This document shows positions 1 to 9,923 of a stretch of DNA of 64,000 bases, one piece after another. The notes under the pieces were generated by a model. That model was not told where the DNA came from. It ran no database searches and saw only the letters and a program-made list of their open reading frames with translations. The DNA lies in assembly GCA_963759405.1 (NCBI GenBank), contig CAVWZA010000019.1, positions 73,703-137,702 of the forward strand, read 5' to 3'. How positions within the stretch are numbered: the first letter of the stretch is position 1; every line of letters starts with the position of its first letter. The translations under genes were made by a program, and so were the position numbers. The DNA is from an uncultured Chloroflexia bacterium. Lineage in GTDB: Bacteria > Chloroflexota > Limnocylindria > QHBO01.

Positions 1-2
1 CG

Positions 3-155
3 GTCGTGATCATCGAGGAGGACGTGATCGACCCGAGCAATGCCCACCGCCACGATCCGGCCAAGCTGGCCGCCGCGATCATGCGGCTCCAGCAGGAGGA
101 CCGGAGCGCGCCGCGCCAGCGCCGCCTGCGACGCCCCGCGGCGACCGCCTCCTGA
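3..155 (+). CDS. 3' end of upstream gene, probably gluconeogenesis factor YvcK/CofD-like (UPF0052)
   Basis: Frame-3 ORF runs off the window start. The C-terminal peptide is ...VVIIEEDVIDPSNAHRHDPAKLAAAIMRLQQED..., typical of YvcK C-termini. It sits immediately upstream of whiA, as in the conserved yvcJ-yvcK-whiA cluster. Confidence 0.45.
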   Translation, partial: VVIIEEDVIDPSNAHRHDPAKLAAAIMRLQQEDRSAPRQRRLRRPAATAS

Positions 156-163
156 ACGCATCG

Positions 164-1015
164 GTGCTCCTCGCCGGTGAGGTGAAGGGGGAGCTTGCCC
201 GCATCCAGCCGGCGCGGAGCTGCTGCCGCCGGGCGGAGCTGCTCGGCCTGCTTCACGGCAGCGGCGGCCGCCTGCGCACGCTCGATCACGCGACGGCGCG
301 CACCGCCGTGCTGCTCGCCGGCTCGCTGGGCATCCACGTGGATCCGCCGAGCGGCGTCGCCGCGGCCGACCGTGGCCGGCATCCCGGCGCTCGGCATCAC
401 CTGGTGGTGGACGTATCGCGCCGTGAGCTCGGGACCTGGCACTGGGTCGACGCCCCTGCCTGCGATCGGCGATCGTTCCTGCGCGGGGTCCTGCTCGGAT
501 CGGGCTCGATCTCGTTCGGGCGTTCCGGACCCCACGTCGAGTTCGTGGTCCGCAACGCCGATGCGGCCGACACGCTGCAGGCCCTGCTTGCCGCCATGGG
601 CGTTCGCGGCCTTCGCACCGCGCGTCGCGGCCATCACGTCGTCTATCTGAAGGGACTCGACGAGATCGTGTCGCTGCTCGGCCTGGTCGGGGCGAACCGC
701 GGAGTGCTCGAGCTGGAGACGCAGCGGGTCGGCAGCGACGTCCGCGCCCGCGTGAACCGGCTGATCAACGCCGAGGGGGCGAACCTGGCGCGCACGGTCC
801 ACGCCGCCGATCGCCAGCTGCTGGCGATCGATCGGCTCGAGCGCGACGGCAGCCTGCCGCGCCTGGCACCCTCCCTCCGTGAGACGGCGGCCCAACGTCG
901 GCGCATGCCCGACGCCGATCTCGATACGCTTGCCGCGGCCCTCGGCGTCAGCCGCTCGGCCGTCAACCATCGACTTCGGCGGCTCGTTGAGCTGGCCGGC
1001 GACCGGGAGGACTGA
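164..1015 (+). CDS. whiA: sporulation/cell-division transcription regulator WhiA
   Basis: 283-aa ORF with a GTG start. The N-terminus VKGELARIQPARSCCRRAELLGLL matches the WhiA LAGLIDADG-like domain. The C-terminal HTH reads DADLDTLAAALGVSRSAVNHRLRRL. Confidence 0.85.
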   Translation: MLLAGEVKGELARIQPARSCCRRAELLGLLHGSGGRLRTLDHATARTAVLLAGSLGIHVDPPSGVAAADRGRHPGARHHLVVDVSRRELGTWHWVDAPACDRRSFLRGVLLGSGSISFGRSGPHVEFVVRNADAADTLQALLAAMGVRGLRTARRGHHVVYLKGLDEIVSLLGLVGANRGVLELETQRVGSDVRARVNRLINAEGANLARTVHAADRQLLAIDRLERDGSLPRLAPSLRETAAQRRRMPDADLDTLAAALGVSRSAVNHRLRRLVELAGDRED

Positions 1016-1777
1016 TGCGCGAACGGGTGATCGCCGGGAACTGGAAGATGAACCCGGCGACCCTCGACGAGGCCCTCGCGCTCGCGCGCGCCGTGCAGGA
1101 TGCCGCGGAGGCGGCGCCCGGCAGTCACGACCGTCATCTGTCCACCGACGATCTGGCTGGCCGACCTGCGTCGGGACCTCGGAACGGGCCGCGTCGCCAT
1201 CGGAGCGCAGACGATGCACTTCGAGGAGCGCGGCGCCTTCACGGGCGAGACCAGCCCGCTGATGCTCGCCGGGCTCGCCGAATTCGTCATCCTCGGCCAC
1301 TCCGAGCGCCGGCAGTACGACGGCGAGACCGATGAGGGGGTCGGGCGCAAGGTCGTCAGCGCGGTGGCCCACGGCCTGCGACCGATCGCCGCGATCGGGG
1401 AGCGAGCGGAGGAGCGACGGGCGGGCGCGACGTCGGCGGTCATCGACCGCCAGCTGCGGGCGGCCATCGCCGGGCTCGATCGGCTTGGCGGCACCGGTCT
1501 CGTGATCGCCTATGAGCCGGTCTGGGCCATCGGAACCGGTGATGCGGCGTCGGCGGCGGACGCCCAGGAGGTCTGTGCGCAGATCCGGCAGATCCTGCGC
1601 GAGACCGATGCCGACGCCGCCGACGCGGTTCCGATCCAGTACGGCGGCAGCGTGACGGCCGAGAACGCCGCCGAGCTGTTCGCCCAGCCCGACATCGACG
1701 GCGCGCTGGTCGGCGGCGCATCGCTCAAGCCGGAGCAGTTCGCCGCCATCCTGCAGGCAGCGGCCGCGGCCGGGTGA
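1015..1777 (+). CDS. tpiA: triosephosphate isomerase, interrupted by a 1-nt frameshift near 1125-1135
   Basis: The N-terminus MRERVIAGNWKMN in the 1015 frame is the TIM signature. The remainder (VICPP...GHSERR...AYEPVWAIGTG...) lies in the ORF 1100..1777 at +1. Start overlaps the whiA stop (TGATG). Confidence 0.8.
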
Positions 1778-3291
1778 CGCTCACCCTCGTCATCCTCGAC
1801 GGGTTCGGCATCGGCGAGGATCCGGCGCGCAACGCGCTCCTGGCCGCGCGCATGCCGGTCTGGGAGCGCCTCACGCATGAGTGGCCGACGGCGCGGCTCC
1901 AGGCCTCCGGTGAAGCCGTGGGACTGCCGCCCGGCCAGATGGGCAACAGCGAGGTCGGCCACCTCAACCTCGGCGCCGGGTTCCGCGTCCTCCAGGACCT
2001 GCCGCGCATCAACGAAGCGATCGCGACCGGCTCGTTCCGCGAGACGCCGGCGCTCGTTGCCGCCTGCCGCGCGGCGCTCGAGCGGGGGAGTCGGCTGCAC
2101 CTGATGGGGCTCATCGGTCCGGGAGGCATCCACGCCATCGACGACCACATCGCGGCGATGGTGGAGCTCGCGGCGGCAGAAGGGCTGCCACCCGACCGGG
2201 TGCTGCTGCACGCGTTCACGGACGGGCGCGACACCCCGCCGCGTTCCGCCGACCGTTACCTCCCCGAGCTCCTCGCCGGGATGCAGGGAACGGCGACGCT
2301 GGCGACGGTCAGCGGCCGCTACTACGCCATGGACCGGGACGCTCGCTGGGATCGCACGCGGCTGGCGTACGACGCGATCGTCCACGGGATCGGTGAGCTG
2401 GCCGAGGATGGTGAGGCGGCCATCGCTTCGGCGTACGGGCGCGGCGAGAACGACGAGTTCATCCTGCCGACCGTCATCGGGCCCTACGCGGGGATGGGGA
2501 ACGAGGACGTCGTGGTGCACCTCAACTTCCGGGCCGACCGGGCGCGGCAGCTGACGCAGGCACTGGCGCTGCCTGAGTTCGACGCCTTCGATCGGGGCCC
2601 GCGGCCGCGCGACCTGCTGGTGGTCACGCTCACCGAGTACCAGTCGCCCGCTGAGCTGCCGGTCGCCGTCGCGTTCGGGCCGCTCGTCATCGACTCGCTG
2701 GCGGCCCACCTGGCGCGGCTCGGCAAGCGGCAGCTCCACGTTGCCGAGACGGAGAAGTACGCCCACGTCACCTACTTCTTCAACGGCGGTGTCGAGCTGC
2801 CGTTCGCCGGCGAGGACCGCGTCCTCGTGCCCTCCAATCGGGAGGTGGCGACCTACGACCTGGCGCCGGAGATGCGCGCCGTCCCCATCACCGACGCGAT
2901 CATCGCCGGCATCGGCTCAGGGGACTACGACTTCATCGTGGCCAACTATGCGAACCCCGACATGGTCGGACACACCGGCGTGTGGGACGCGGCGGTGAGC
3001 GCGGCCGAGATCATCGACGCCTGCCTGGGACGCGTGGCGGAGGCGGTTGCCGAGCGCGGCGGCACCCTGGTCATCACCGCCGATCACGGCAACATCGAGG
3101 AGACGCGGGACGCGGAGGGCAATCCGCAGACCAAGCACACCACCTCGCCGGTGCCGATCGTGGTCGTCGGTGACCTGGTCCGAGGACGAAGCCTCCGGGA
3201 TGGAGCGCTCTCCGATGTCGCGCCAACGCTGTGTGAGCTGCTGGGCATACCGGTGGGGCCCGAGATGACCGGCCACTCCCTCCTGGCCTGA
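1774..3291 (+). CDS. gpmI: 2,3-bisphosphoglycerate-independent phosphoglycerate mutase
   Basis: 505 aa with iPGM motifs (LDGFGIG, GNSEVGHLNLGAG, TADHGN). GTG start overlaps the tpiA stop (GTGA). Confidence 0.9.
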   Translation: MTLTLVILDGFGIGEDPARNALLAARMPVWERLTHEWPTARLQASGEAVGLPPGQMGNSEVGHLNLGAGFRVLQDLPRINEAIATGSFRETPALVAACRAALERGSRLHLMGLIGPGGIHAIDDHIAAMVELAAAEGLPPDRVLLHAFTDGRDTPPRSADRYLPELLAGMQGTATLATVSGRYYAMDRDARWDRTRLAYDAIVHGIGELAEDGEAAIASAYGRGENDEFILPTVIGPYAGMGNEDVVVHLNFRADRARQLTQALALPEFDAFDRGPRPRDLLVVTLTEYQSPAELPVAVAFGPLVIDSLAAHLARLGKRQLHVAETEKYAHVTYFFNGGVELPFAGEDRVLVPSNREVATYDLAPEMRAVPITDAIIAGIGSGDYDFIVANYANPDMVGHTGVWDAAVSAAEIIDACLGRVAEAVAERGGTLVITADHGNIEETRDAEGNPQTKHTTSPVPIVVVGDLVRGRSLRDGALSDVAPTLCELLGIPVGPEMTGHSLLA

Positions 3292-3329
3292 ACCTCCGCG
3301 ATCAAGCTTCCTGCTAGAATTCGCCGGCA

Positions 3330-3551
3330 ATGCTGATCCCTCTCCTTCTCGCCCAGATGATCCTTGCCATCTCGCTCATCGCGTCGATCCTGCTGCAGCA
3401 GCGCGGGACCGGCCTGGGTGGCGCGTTCGGCGGCGAGGTGACCGCCTACCGCAGCCGACGCGGCATCGAGCGGACGCTGTTCCGGATGACCGTCGTGCTG
3501 GCGATCCTCTTCGTGGCCTTCAGCCTGCTCAACCTGCTCCCCCAGGCCTGA
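3330..3551 (+). CDS. secG: preprotein translocase subunit SecG
   Basis: 73-aa hydrophobic protein MLIPLLLAQMILAISLIASILLQQRGTGLGGAFGG, a typical SecG. Confidence 0.8.
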   Translation: MLIPLLLAQMILAISLIASILLQQRGTGLGGAFGGEVTAYRSRRGIERTLFRMTVVLAILFVAFSLLNLLPQA

Positions 3552-3617
3552 TCGGCTGGGCCCATGGCCCGTGCTATCATCGGCCCCCGCAATCGGAATC
3601 GCTCCGAATGCGGCCGT

Positions 3618-3704
3618 GCCGAGGTGGCGGAATAGGCAGACGCGCTAGGTTCAGGACCTAGTGACCGCAAGGTCGTGTGGGTTCAAGTCCCTCCCTCGGT
3701 ACCA
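3618..3704 (+). tRNA. tRNA-Leu (anticodon CAG), long variable arm, CCA encoded
   Basis: Cloverleaf GCCGAGG...CCTCGGCACCA. Anticodon stem-loop CTAGG-TTCAGGA-CCTAG. T-loop GGTTCAAGT. Confidence 0.9.
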
Positions 3705-3723
3705 CCCGTAATCTGTCCTCGGG

Positions 3724-3808
3724 GCCCAGGTGGCGGAATTGGTATACGCGTACGTTTGAGGGGCGTATGAGGCAACTCATCCGGGTTCAAGTCCCGGCCT
3801 GGGCACCA
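3724..3808 (+). tRNA. tRNA-Leu (anticodon GAG), long variable arm, CCA encoded
   Basis: Acceptor GCCCAGG/CCTGGGC. Anticodon loop TTGAGGG (GAG). T-arm CCGGG-TTCAAGT-CCCGG. Confidence 0.85.
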
Positions 3809-3918
3809 CCTTCAACCAGACCGATGCGCCGCACGCGTCAATCGCGGGCGGCGTTTCCGTTTCTCGCGCGCAAAGCGCTGCTCGCTGGATCGAGCCTGCT
3901 ACGCTCCCGCCCGAGGCC

Positions 3919-5184
3919 ATGGAATCGTTCCGAGCGCGATCCGCACCCGCCATCGGGATCCCGGCGTCGACGACGCCCGGGGTCCTGGCCGAGCGCCTGG
4001 TCTGGATCGACTGGCTGAAGGTCATCGTCGTCGCCGGTGTGTTCGTCTACCACACCGCCGAGCCGTTCCTGCTCATCAACTGGGTGGTTTCGAACGACGA
4101 GCGCAGCATCGTCCTGAGCGCGCTGGCCGGGTTCGGCTTCCTCTTCGGGATGCCGCTGATGTTCCTCCTGACCGGAGCCACCGCCTGGCTTTCGCTGGGG
4201 CGGCGGCCGCTCTCCGCCTACGGTATGGCGCGCGTTCGCCGCCTCCTCCTGCCGCTGGTCGCCGGCATCGCGATCCTCACCCCGCTGCAGTGGTGGCTGG
4301 CGGCCGCCATCGCGCGGGGCGGCGAGAACCCGTTGAACACGATTGCCTGGTTCTTTGGCGGGATGCGGTTCGAGCCGACGTCACGCTGGTTCGGCGATTA
4401 CGGCATGCACCTGTGGTTCATCGCCTTCCTGTTCGCCTATTCCATCCTCTGCCTGCCGCTGCTTGGCGCGCTGCGGCGCCCCGTCGGCGCGCGCCTGCTC
4501 GGCCGGCTGGCCGAGCTCCCGAGGGCGGCGCTGCTTCTGCTCCTGTTCGCGCCCATCCTCGCCAGCCAGCTGCTGCTGCGGATCCCGACCCCGGAGTACC
4601 GGGACTGGGCCGACTTCGCGCTGTGGCTCGGGTTCTACATCGTCGGCGTGATCCTGCTCGCCGACCGGCGGCTGCTGAACGCCGTCGTCGACAGCGGCCC
4701 GCGGCTGATCGTGGTCGGCGTCGGGCTGGTCGGACTCGGCCTGGTCGCCGTCGTTCTGGCGCGAACGGCCGGTCTCATTCCGAGCGCCGATGCCAGCAAC
4801 CTCATGCGCCTCGAGACCGCGCCGGTCCTGGATGCGCCAAGCCTCGGCTACATCGCGCTGCGGACGGGCGCGGGCGCCGCCCTCACCGGCGGATGCCTCT
4901 GGATCGGGGTTCGTTGGTTCCGCTCACGGCCGTCCTGGCTGCCGCGAGCCAACCGCGCGATCCTGCCGTTCTTCATCCTGCACCACCCCGTGGCCGTGGC
5001 GGTGGCCGCCGTCGTGGTGCAGTGGTCGATGGGCCTCTGGGCCAAGCTGGTGGTCGTGCTCGTGGCGTCGCTGGCCGGCAGCCTGGCGCTCACCGCGCTG
5101 GCGATGCGAACCGGTGTCGGACGAGCGGTCTTCGGCGTCGCGCCGGACGCCGCGAGCCCTGTGCCGGCCACAGCCGCGCCATCC
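3919..5184 (+). CDS. acyltransferase family 3 (multi-pass membrane O-acyltransferase) domain; reads through without a stop into the downstream acyl-CoA-synthetase-like domain
   Basis: About 420 aa with roughly 10 predicted TM helices and an N-terminal WIDWLKVIVVAGVFVYH motif, typical of the Acyl_transf_3/OpgC family. There is no in-frame stop before 5853. Confidence 0.6.
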
Positions 5185-7042
5185 ATGACTCCTGACCCGT
5201 TTGCGATCCGTGCCGGCGATGCCGTATCGGTTCGCGAGGCCGATCGGCACCGGAGCATGGTCGGAGCCCTCCAGGCGACGGTGCGGCGGCGCCCGGTCAG
5301 CGAGGCACTGCGCTGGAGAGACCAGGGCCGATGGATCGGCCTGACGTACGCCGGCCTGTGGGAGCGAATCCGTGCCACGTCGCTCGCCCTCCAGCAGCGC
5401 GGCGTACGCGCCGGCGATCACGTGGTGATCGTCAGCCGCTCGCGGCCCGAATGGGTCGTGGCCGACTATGCCGTGCTGGCCCTTGGCGCGGTGGTCTGCC
5501 CGATCGACCCGGGCGAGTCGGATGCGCGGATCGAGCAGGTAGCGCGCGGCCTCCGTCCAAGGCTGATGTTCGTCGAGGATGACCGCCAGCTGTCTCGGTT
5601 CGGCGGCATCGCGCCGACCGTCGTGCTCGTCGCGCCCGCGGAGAACGGTGCGCGACGTGGTCACGCTCCTCGACCTGCAGCGAGCCGGTGCTGGCCTGGG
5701 TCCTCCTCGCGCGGAGGCATGGCAGGCAGGGGTGGATGGGCTCGATCGGTCCAACGTGGCGACCATCGTGCAGACGATCGACGAGGAGGGCGTGGCCCGC
5801 GGTGCGATCCTGACTCACGGCAACGTGCTGCACAACATCGACGCCGCCCGTGACGAGCTGCCGCTTGACGCGGGCGATGTCGCGCTCTCCATCCTGCCCC
5901 TCAGCCACATGCTCGAACGCGTCGCCGAGCTGCTGGCATTCGTGAACGGCGCGACCGTTGCCTTCGCCGAGTCGCGCATCGACCGCTGGGCCGACAACAT
6001 GCGCGAGGTCCGCCCGCATGCCATGGTGGCCGTGCCGCTCTTCCTGACCCACCTGGTGAAGGGAATGCGAGGCGGGTCGGTGCAGCAGCCCGGCCTCATC
6101 GGCCGGCTGGCGAGGTGGAGCCTCACGACCGGGTCCACGGCCAGGGGACAGTCGGGCCGCGCCGGTCAGCGACGATCAGGGCTGCGCCTGGCGCTCGCAG
6201 ACCTGGTCGTCCTGCGCCGCCTGCGCGCCGCCACCGGCGGACGGCTGCGGTACATCTGCTGCGGGGGCGCGCCGCTCCCCGTCGAGGTCGGTGAATTCCT
6301 TGCGGCGGCCGGCATCCCGGTGATCGAGGGCTACGGCATGACCGAGGCGTCGCCCCTGCTGGCCATGAATCGGCTCGGGCGCCAGCGGCTGGGGACGGTC
6401 GGACCGCCGGTGGCCGGGACCGAGCTTCGCATCGAGGCCGGGACGGGAGAGATCCTGGCCCGAGGGCCGCAGGTAATGCAGGGCTACCACGACCTGCCGC
6501 GCCAGACCGCGGCCACCCTGCTGCCCGACGGCTGGCTGCGCACCGGCGACGTGGGCGCCTGGGATGCGGCGGGCAACTTGAGGATCACCGGCGTTCGAAA
6601 GGATCTGCTCGTGCTGGCCACCGGAAAGAAGGTCAGCCCGCGTGCGCTGGAGCTGGAGCTGGAGGGATCGGATCTGATCGCGCGAGCCACGATCGTCGAC
6701 CTCGGCGACGCCGGGATCGGGGTGCTGGTCTGGCCCGATGACCAGACCATCCAGACTCGAGCCGCCCTCGACGGTGGCACCGCGCAGGAGCTGCTGATCA
6801 GTGAGGTCCGGCGACTCATCGGCGCCCGAGCCCCGTATGAACGGCCCCGGCGGATGGGGATCCTGCCGCGCGACCTGAGCGTGGAGGCCATGGAGCTGAC
6901 GGCCGACGGACGGCGTAATCGAGCGGTCATCGTGGCCAATTGGGGCTCGAGCGCGACCATTCCGGTGCCATGGCGCACGCGCGAGGAGGCACCGATCAGC
7001 GTGCTACCCTCCTCGCTCGGGGCGGTTAGCTCAGCTGGTTAG
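5185..7042 (+). CDS. long-chain acyl-CoA synthetase (ANL adenylating) -like domain with a 1-nt frameshift near 5650-5660 and degenerate catalytic motifs; possibly a pseudoenzyme or pseudogene
   Basis: Conserved ANL motifs are present: EGYGMTEASP, GEILARGPQVMQGY, WLRTGDVG. The P-loop reads QTIDEEGVARG instead of YTSGTTGxPKG. The A10 lysine region reads GRRNR. The frame switches from the 3919 frame to the 5579 frame. The 3' end overlaps tRNA-Val. Confidence 0.55.
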
Positions 7043-7096
7043 AGCGCCTCGCTTACACCGAGGAGGTCGGGGGTTCGAGCCCCTCACCGCCCACCA
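7020..7096 (+). tRNA. tRNA-Val (anticodon TAC), CCA encoded
   Basis: GGGCGGTTAGCTCAGCTGGTTAGAGC.. Anticodon stem-loop CCTCG-CTTACAC-CGAGG. T-loop TTCGAGC. Ends ACCGCCCACCA. Confidence 0.9.
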
Positions 7097-7150
7097 CCCG
7101 CCTGCTAGCATCTGCCCGTCAAAACGCCCCGAGCGTGAGGAATACACCCT

Positions 7151-7729
7151 GTGCCACTCTGGCTGATCATCTTGCTGATCGCGGTCGCGGTCATCGCCAT
7201 CTTCCTCGTCTTCACGTACAACGGCCTGGTCCGGCTGCGGAACATGGTCGACGAGGCGTGGAACCAGATCAGCGTGCAGCTCAAGCGCCGCCACGACCTG
7301 ATCCCGAACCTCGTCAACGCGGTCAAGGGCTACATGGACTTCGAGCAGGAGACCCTCACCAAGGTCATCGAGGCCCGATCCGCCGCGGTCAACGCCCAGC
7401 AGGGAGGCCCGCAGAACGCCGCCCAGGCCGCCCAGGCCGAGAACTTCCTGACCGGCGCCCTCCGCCAGCTCTTCGCGCTGGTCGAGAACTACCCCGATCT
7501 GAAGGCCAATGAGAACGTCATGCAGCTCCAGGAGGAGCTGACGACGACCGAGAACCAGATCGGCTTCAGCCGCCAGCACTTCAACAGCACGGTCCGCGAG
7601 TTCAACACCAGCATCCAGACCTTCCCGAACGTGCTGATCGCAGGCATGTTCGGCTTCCGAGAGCGCGACTACTTCCAGATCGCGGAGGCCGATGCCGCGG
7701 TGCCCGAGGTGAACCTGCGCTCGGCGTAG
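7151..7729 (+). CDS. lemA: LemA family membrane protein
   Basis: 192 aa with an N-terminal TM helix and a conserved LemA core (LVRLRNMVDEAWNQISVQLKRRHDLIPNLV...). GTG start after a GAGGA RBS. Confidence 0.8.
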   Translation: MPLWLIILLIAVAVIAIFLVFTYNGLVRLRNMVDEAWNQISVQLKRRHDLIPNLVNAVKGYMDFEQETLTKVIEARSAAVNAQQGGPQNAAQAAQAENFLTGALRQLFALVENYPDLKANENVMQLQEELTTTENQIGFSRQHFNSTVREFNTSIQTFPNVLIAGMFGFRERDYFQIAEADAAVPEVNLRSA

Positions 7730-7733
7730 GGCC

Positions 7734-8714
7734 ATGAGCGCCGAGGCGCGTCCGGCGCCGACCACCTTCTACCGCGAGATCGCGCGCAACCGCCGGCGAA
7801 GCTGGCTCCTCGTCGCGACCGTCATCGTCGTCCTCGGGCTGCTCGGCGGCGCCATCGGCTACGCCACCGGCCTGGGATGGGGCGGCGTCGTCCTCGCCGT
7901 GATCGTCGCGAGCGTGATGGCGATCGGCTCCTACTACGCGGGCGACCAGCTGGTGATGGCCACCAGCGGCGCGCGCGAGATCGACCTTGCCAAGCCGCCC
8001 GAGCAATACCTGCAGCTGCTCAATGTCGTGGAGGAGATGCGCCTGGCCGGCGGCCTGCCCCGGCCCCGCGTGTGGATCATCGACGACACGGCGCCGAACG
8101 CCTTCGCCACCGGGCGCGATCCGGAGCATGCCAGCGTGGCGGTCACGACCGGCCTCCTCCAGAAGCTCGACCGGGAGGAGCTCCAGGGCGTGATGGGTCA
8201 TGAGCTGAGCCACGTCGGCAACCTCGACATCCGCTTCACCCTGCTGGTCGGCGTGCTCGTCGGGGCGATCGCGCTCCTCGCCGACTGGTTCCTGCGCTTC
8301 ACCTACTGGGGCGGCGGGCGTCGGAGCAGCAGCGACTCCGACCGAGGCGGCGGGGGAGTCATGGCTCTCATCTTCGTCCTGGCGATCGTCCTCGCCCTGG
8401 TGGCGCCGGTCATCGGCCGGCTGGTGCAGGCGGCCGTGAGCCGCAGCCGCGAGTCGCTGGCCGATGCAACCGCGGTCGACTTCACCCGCAACCCGGTCGG
8501 CCTGGCGCGCGCTCTGCGCAAGATCAGCGACGACCCGGAGGTCCTCGAGGTCGCCAACCGGGCGACGCAGCACCTGTACATCGTCAATCCCATCAAGAGC
8601 TTCGAGGAGCGGTCGAAGTCGCTGTGGGACACGCATCCGCCGATCGGCGAGCGGATCCGCGCGCTCGAGGCGATCGCGGGACGGATGGGCTTCAAGCCGC
8701 AGCAGTCGGGCTAG
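7734..8714 (+). CDS. htpX: zinc metalloprotease HtpX (M48)
   Basis: 326 aa with the HELSH zinc motif (MGHELSHV) and multiple TM segments. Classic lemA-htpX pairing. Confidence 0.85.
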   Translation: MSAEARPAPTTFYREIARNRRRSWLLVATVIVVLGLLGGAIGYATGLGWGGVVLAVIVASVMAIGSYYAGDQLVMATSGAREIDLAKPPEQYLQLLNVVEEMRLAGGLPRPRVWIIDDTAPNAFATGRDPEHASVAVTTGLLQKLDREELQGVMGHELSHVGNLDIRFTLLVGVLVGAIALLADWFLRFTYWGGGRRSSSDSDRGGGGVMALIFVLAIVLALVAPVIGRLVQAAVSRSRESLADATAVDFTRNPVGLARALRKISDDPEVLEVANRATQHLYIVNPIKSFEERSKSLWDTHPPIGERIRALEAIAGRMGFKPQQSG

Positions 8715-8816
8715 GGTCCCGGAAAGTTGCGGGCGCGGGGACCGCATCGGTATCCTTGCGACCGCCTGATGGCGGACTGTCTGGAAGGGAGCTGAGGAGG
8801 CCTCAGCGACATCGGC

Positions 8817-8892
8817 GCCGAGGTAGCTCAGTCGGTAGAGCACCGCCCTGAAGAGGCGGGTGTCGTCAGTTCGATTCTGACCCTCGGCACCA
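8817..8892 (+). tRNA. tRNA-Phe (GAA), CCA encoded
   Basis: GCCGAGGTAGCTCAGTCGGTAGAGC.. Anticodon loop CTGAAGA. Ends CCTCGGCACCA. 76 nt. Confidence 0.9.
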
Positions 8893-8920
8893 GCAACGCG
8901 GTATCATCGGGCACAAGCGG

Positions 8921-8996
8921 GCGGAAGTGGCTCAGTTGGTAGAGCATCACCTTGCCAAGGTGAGGGTCGCGGGTTCGAGTCCCGTCTTCCGCTCCA
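8921..8996 (+). tRNA. tRNA-Gly (GCC), CCA encoded
   Basis: GCGGAAGTGGCTCAGTTGGTAGAGC.. Anticodon loop TTGCCAA. Ends CTTCCGCTCCA. Confidence 0.9.
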
Positions 8997-9052
8997 TTTT
9001 CATGTCCGGCTGGTAGCAATCGTGGCTGACCTGCTAGCGTGAGACGAGGCGT

Positions 9053-9126
9053 TGCCCCGTCGTCTAGTGGTAGGACAGCGGACTTTGGATCCGTGAACCG
9101 AGGTTCGAATCCTCGCGGGGCAGCCA
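9053..9126 (+). tRNA. tRNA-Gln (TTG), CCA encoded
   Basis: TGCCCCGTCGTCTAGTGGTAGGAC.. Anticodon stem GCGGA/TCCGT, loop CTTTGGA. Ends CGGGGCAGCCA with discriminator G, as in bacterial tRNA-Gln. Confidence 0.8.
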
Positions 9127-9142
9127 GCCGAATCGAGCGAGT

Positions 9143-9217
9143 GGCGACGTGCCCGAGTGGTTCAGGGAGCGGTCTGCAAAACCGCGTACACGGGTTCGAT
9201 TCCCGTCGTCGCCTCCA
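9143..9217 (+). tRNA. tRNA-Cys (GCA), CCA encoded
   Basis: GGCGACGTGCCCGAGTGGTTCAGGGAGC.. Anticodon stem-loop GCGGT-CTGCAAA-ACCGC. Ends CGTCGCCTCCA. Confidence 0.85.
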
Positions 9218-9427
9218 CAATCTGAGCACGACGGCGCCCATGGCGTCCGTCTATTCCGCTCTACACGGCGAGCGCTTGTTCACTTGACCAGCGCGGAGAC
9301 TGGGTTCAACGTGCCGCAATCTGGCGGGCAGCAATGACACGCGGCACCGTCCTGGTAGCCCTCGCTGCCCGAAGCCGCGCCGAGCTACTGGCGAACCCGA
9401 CCCGCCACGCTGCGAGGTGCCCATCCC

Positions 9428-9923
9428 ATGCGACGTGTTGTGTTGTCACTCCTTTCCGCTACGGCCGTTCTGCTGGCTACCACGTCGGCTGTGCTGGCCA
9501 CGCCGCCAACACGCGAGCCGCTCGGCCTGCCGCAAGTCATCGAGTTCGCCGCCGGCGAAGCGTGTCCGTTCGCGGTGACGGTCGAGGTCTTGGTCGATAA
9601 CGGAAAGGTGATGACGTTCTATGAGCGTTCTGGCGAAGCCCGCAGGGCGATCACCAGCGGAAGCCTAGTCGTTCGGCTGACGAGTCCCAATGCCCCTGGC
9701 GTCGAAGTCGACCCTCAACATCTCCGGCCCCTCGCACCAGACCGTCAATGCTGATGGCTCTTCCACCCTGGTATATGGCGGGAACTCCATCTCGCTTTAT
9801 CCGCCTGGCACCCTCGTGCTGACCAAGGGGCGGGCCGTTGTCCAGCTGGACGCGGACGGCGACTTCGTCTCAGTGACCAACATCGGCTGGGAGACGGATC
9901 TCTGCGACATGCTCGCTCCGTGA
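9428..9923 (+). CDS. small secreted hypothetical protein (signal peptide), apparently split by a frameshift near 9695
   Basis: ORF 9428..9754 starts with the signal peptide MRRVVLSLLSATAVLLATTSAVLA. ORF 9690..9923 continues in another frame. The region is lower-GC than its surroundings. Confidence 0.3.

Noticed and set aside
643-1494. 283-aa ORF on the minus strand overlapping whiA/tpiA, and the many similar long antisense ORFs (e.g. 1510..2766, 21108..23741 at 877 aa, 36178..38400 at 740 aa, 42502..44709 at 735 aa, 60219..63704 at 1161 aa)
   Set aside because: Stop-codon-poor shadow ORFs are expected at about 70 % GC. Their products are Arg/Pro/Ala/Gly-rich with no recognisable motifs. The opposite strand in each case encodes a clearly conserved protein.
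3677-4018. 113-aa ORF overlapping tRNA-Leu(GAG)
   Set aside because: It overlaps a well-formed tRNA and has a low-complexity translation; not coding.
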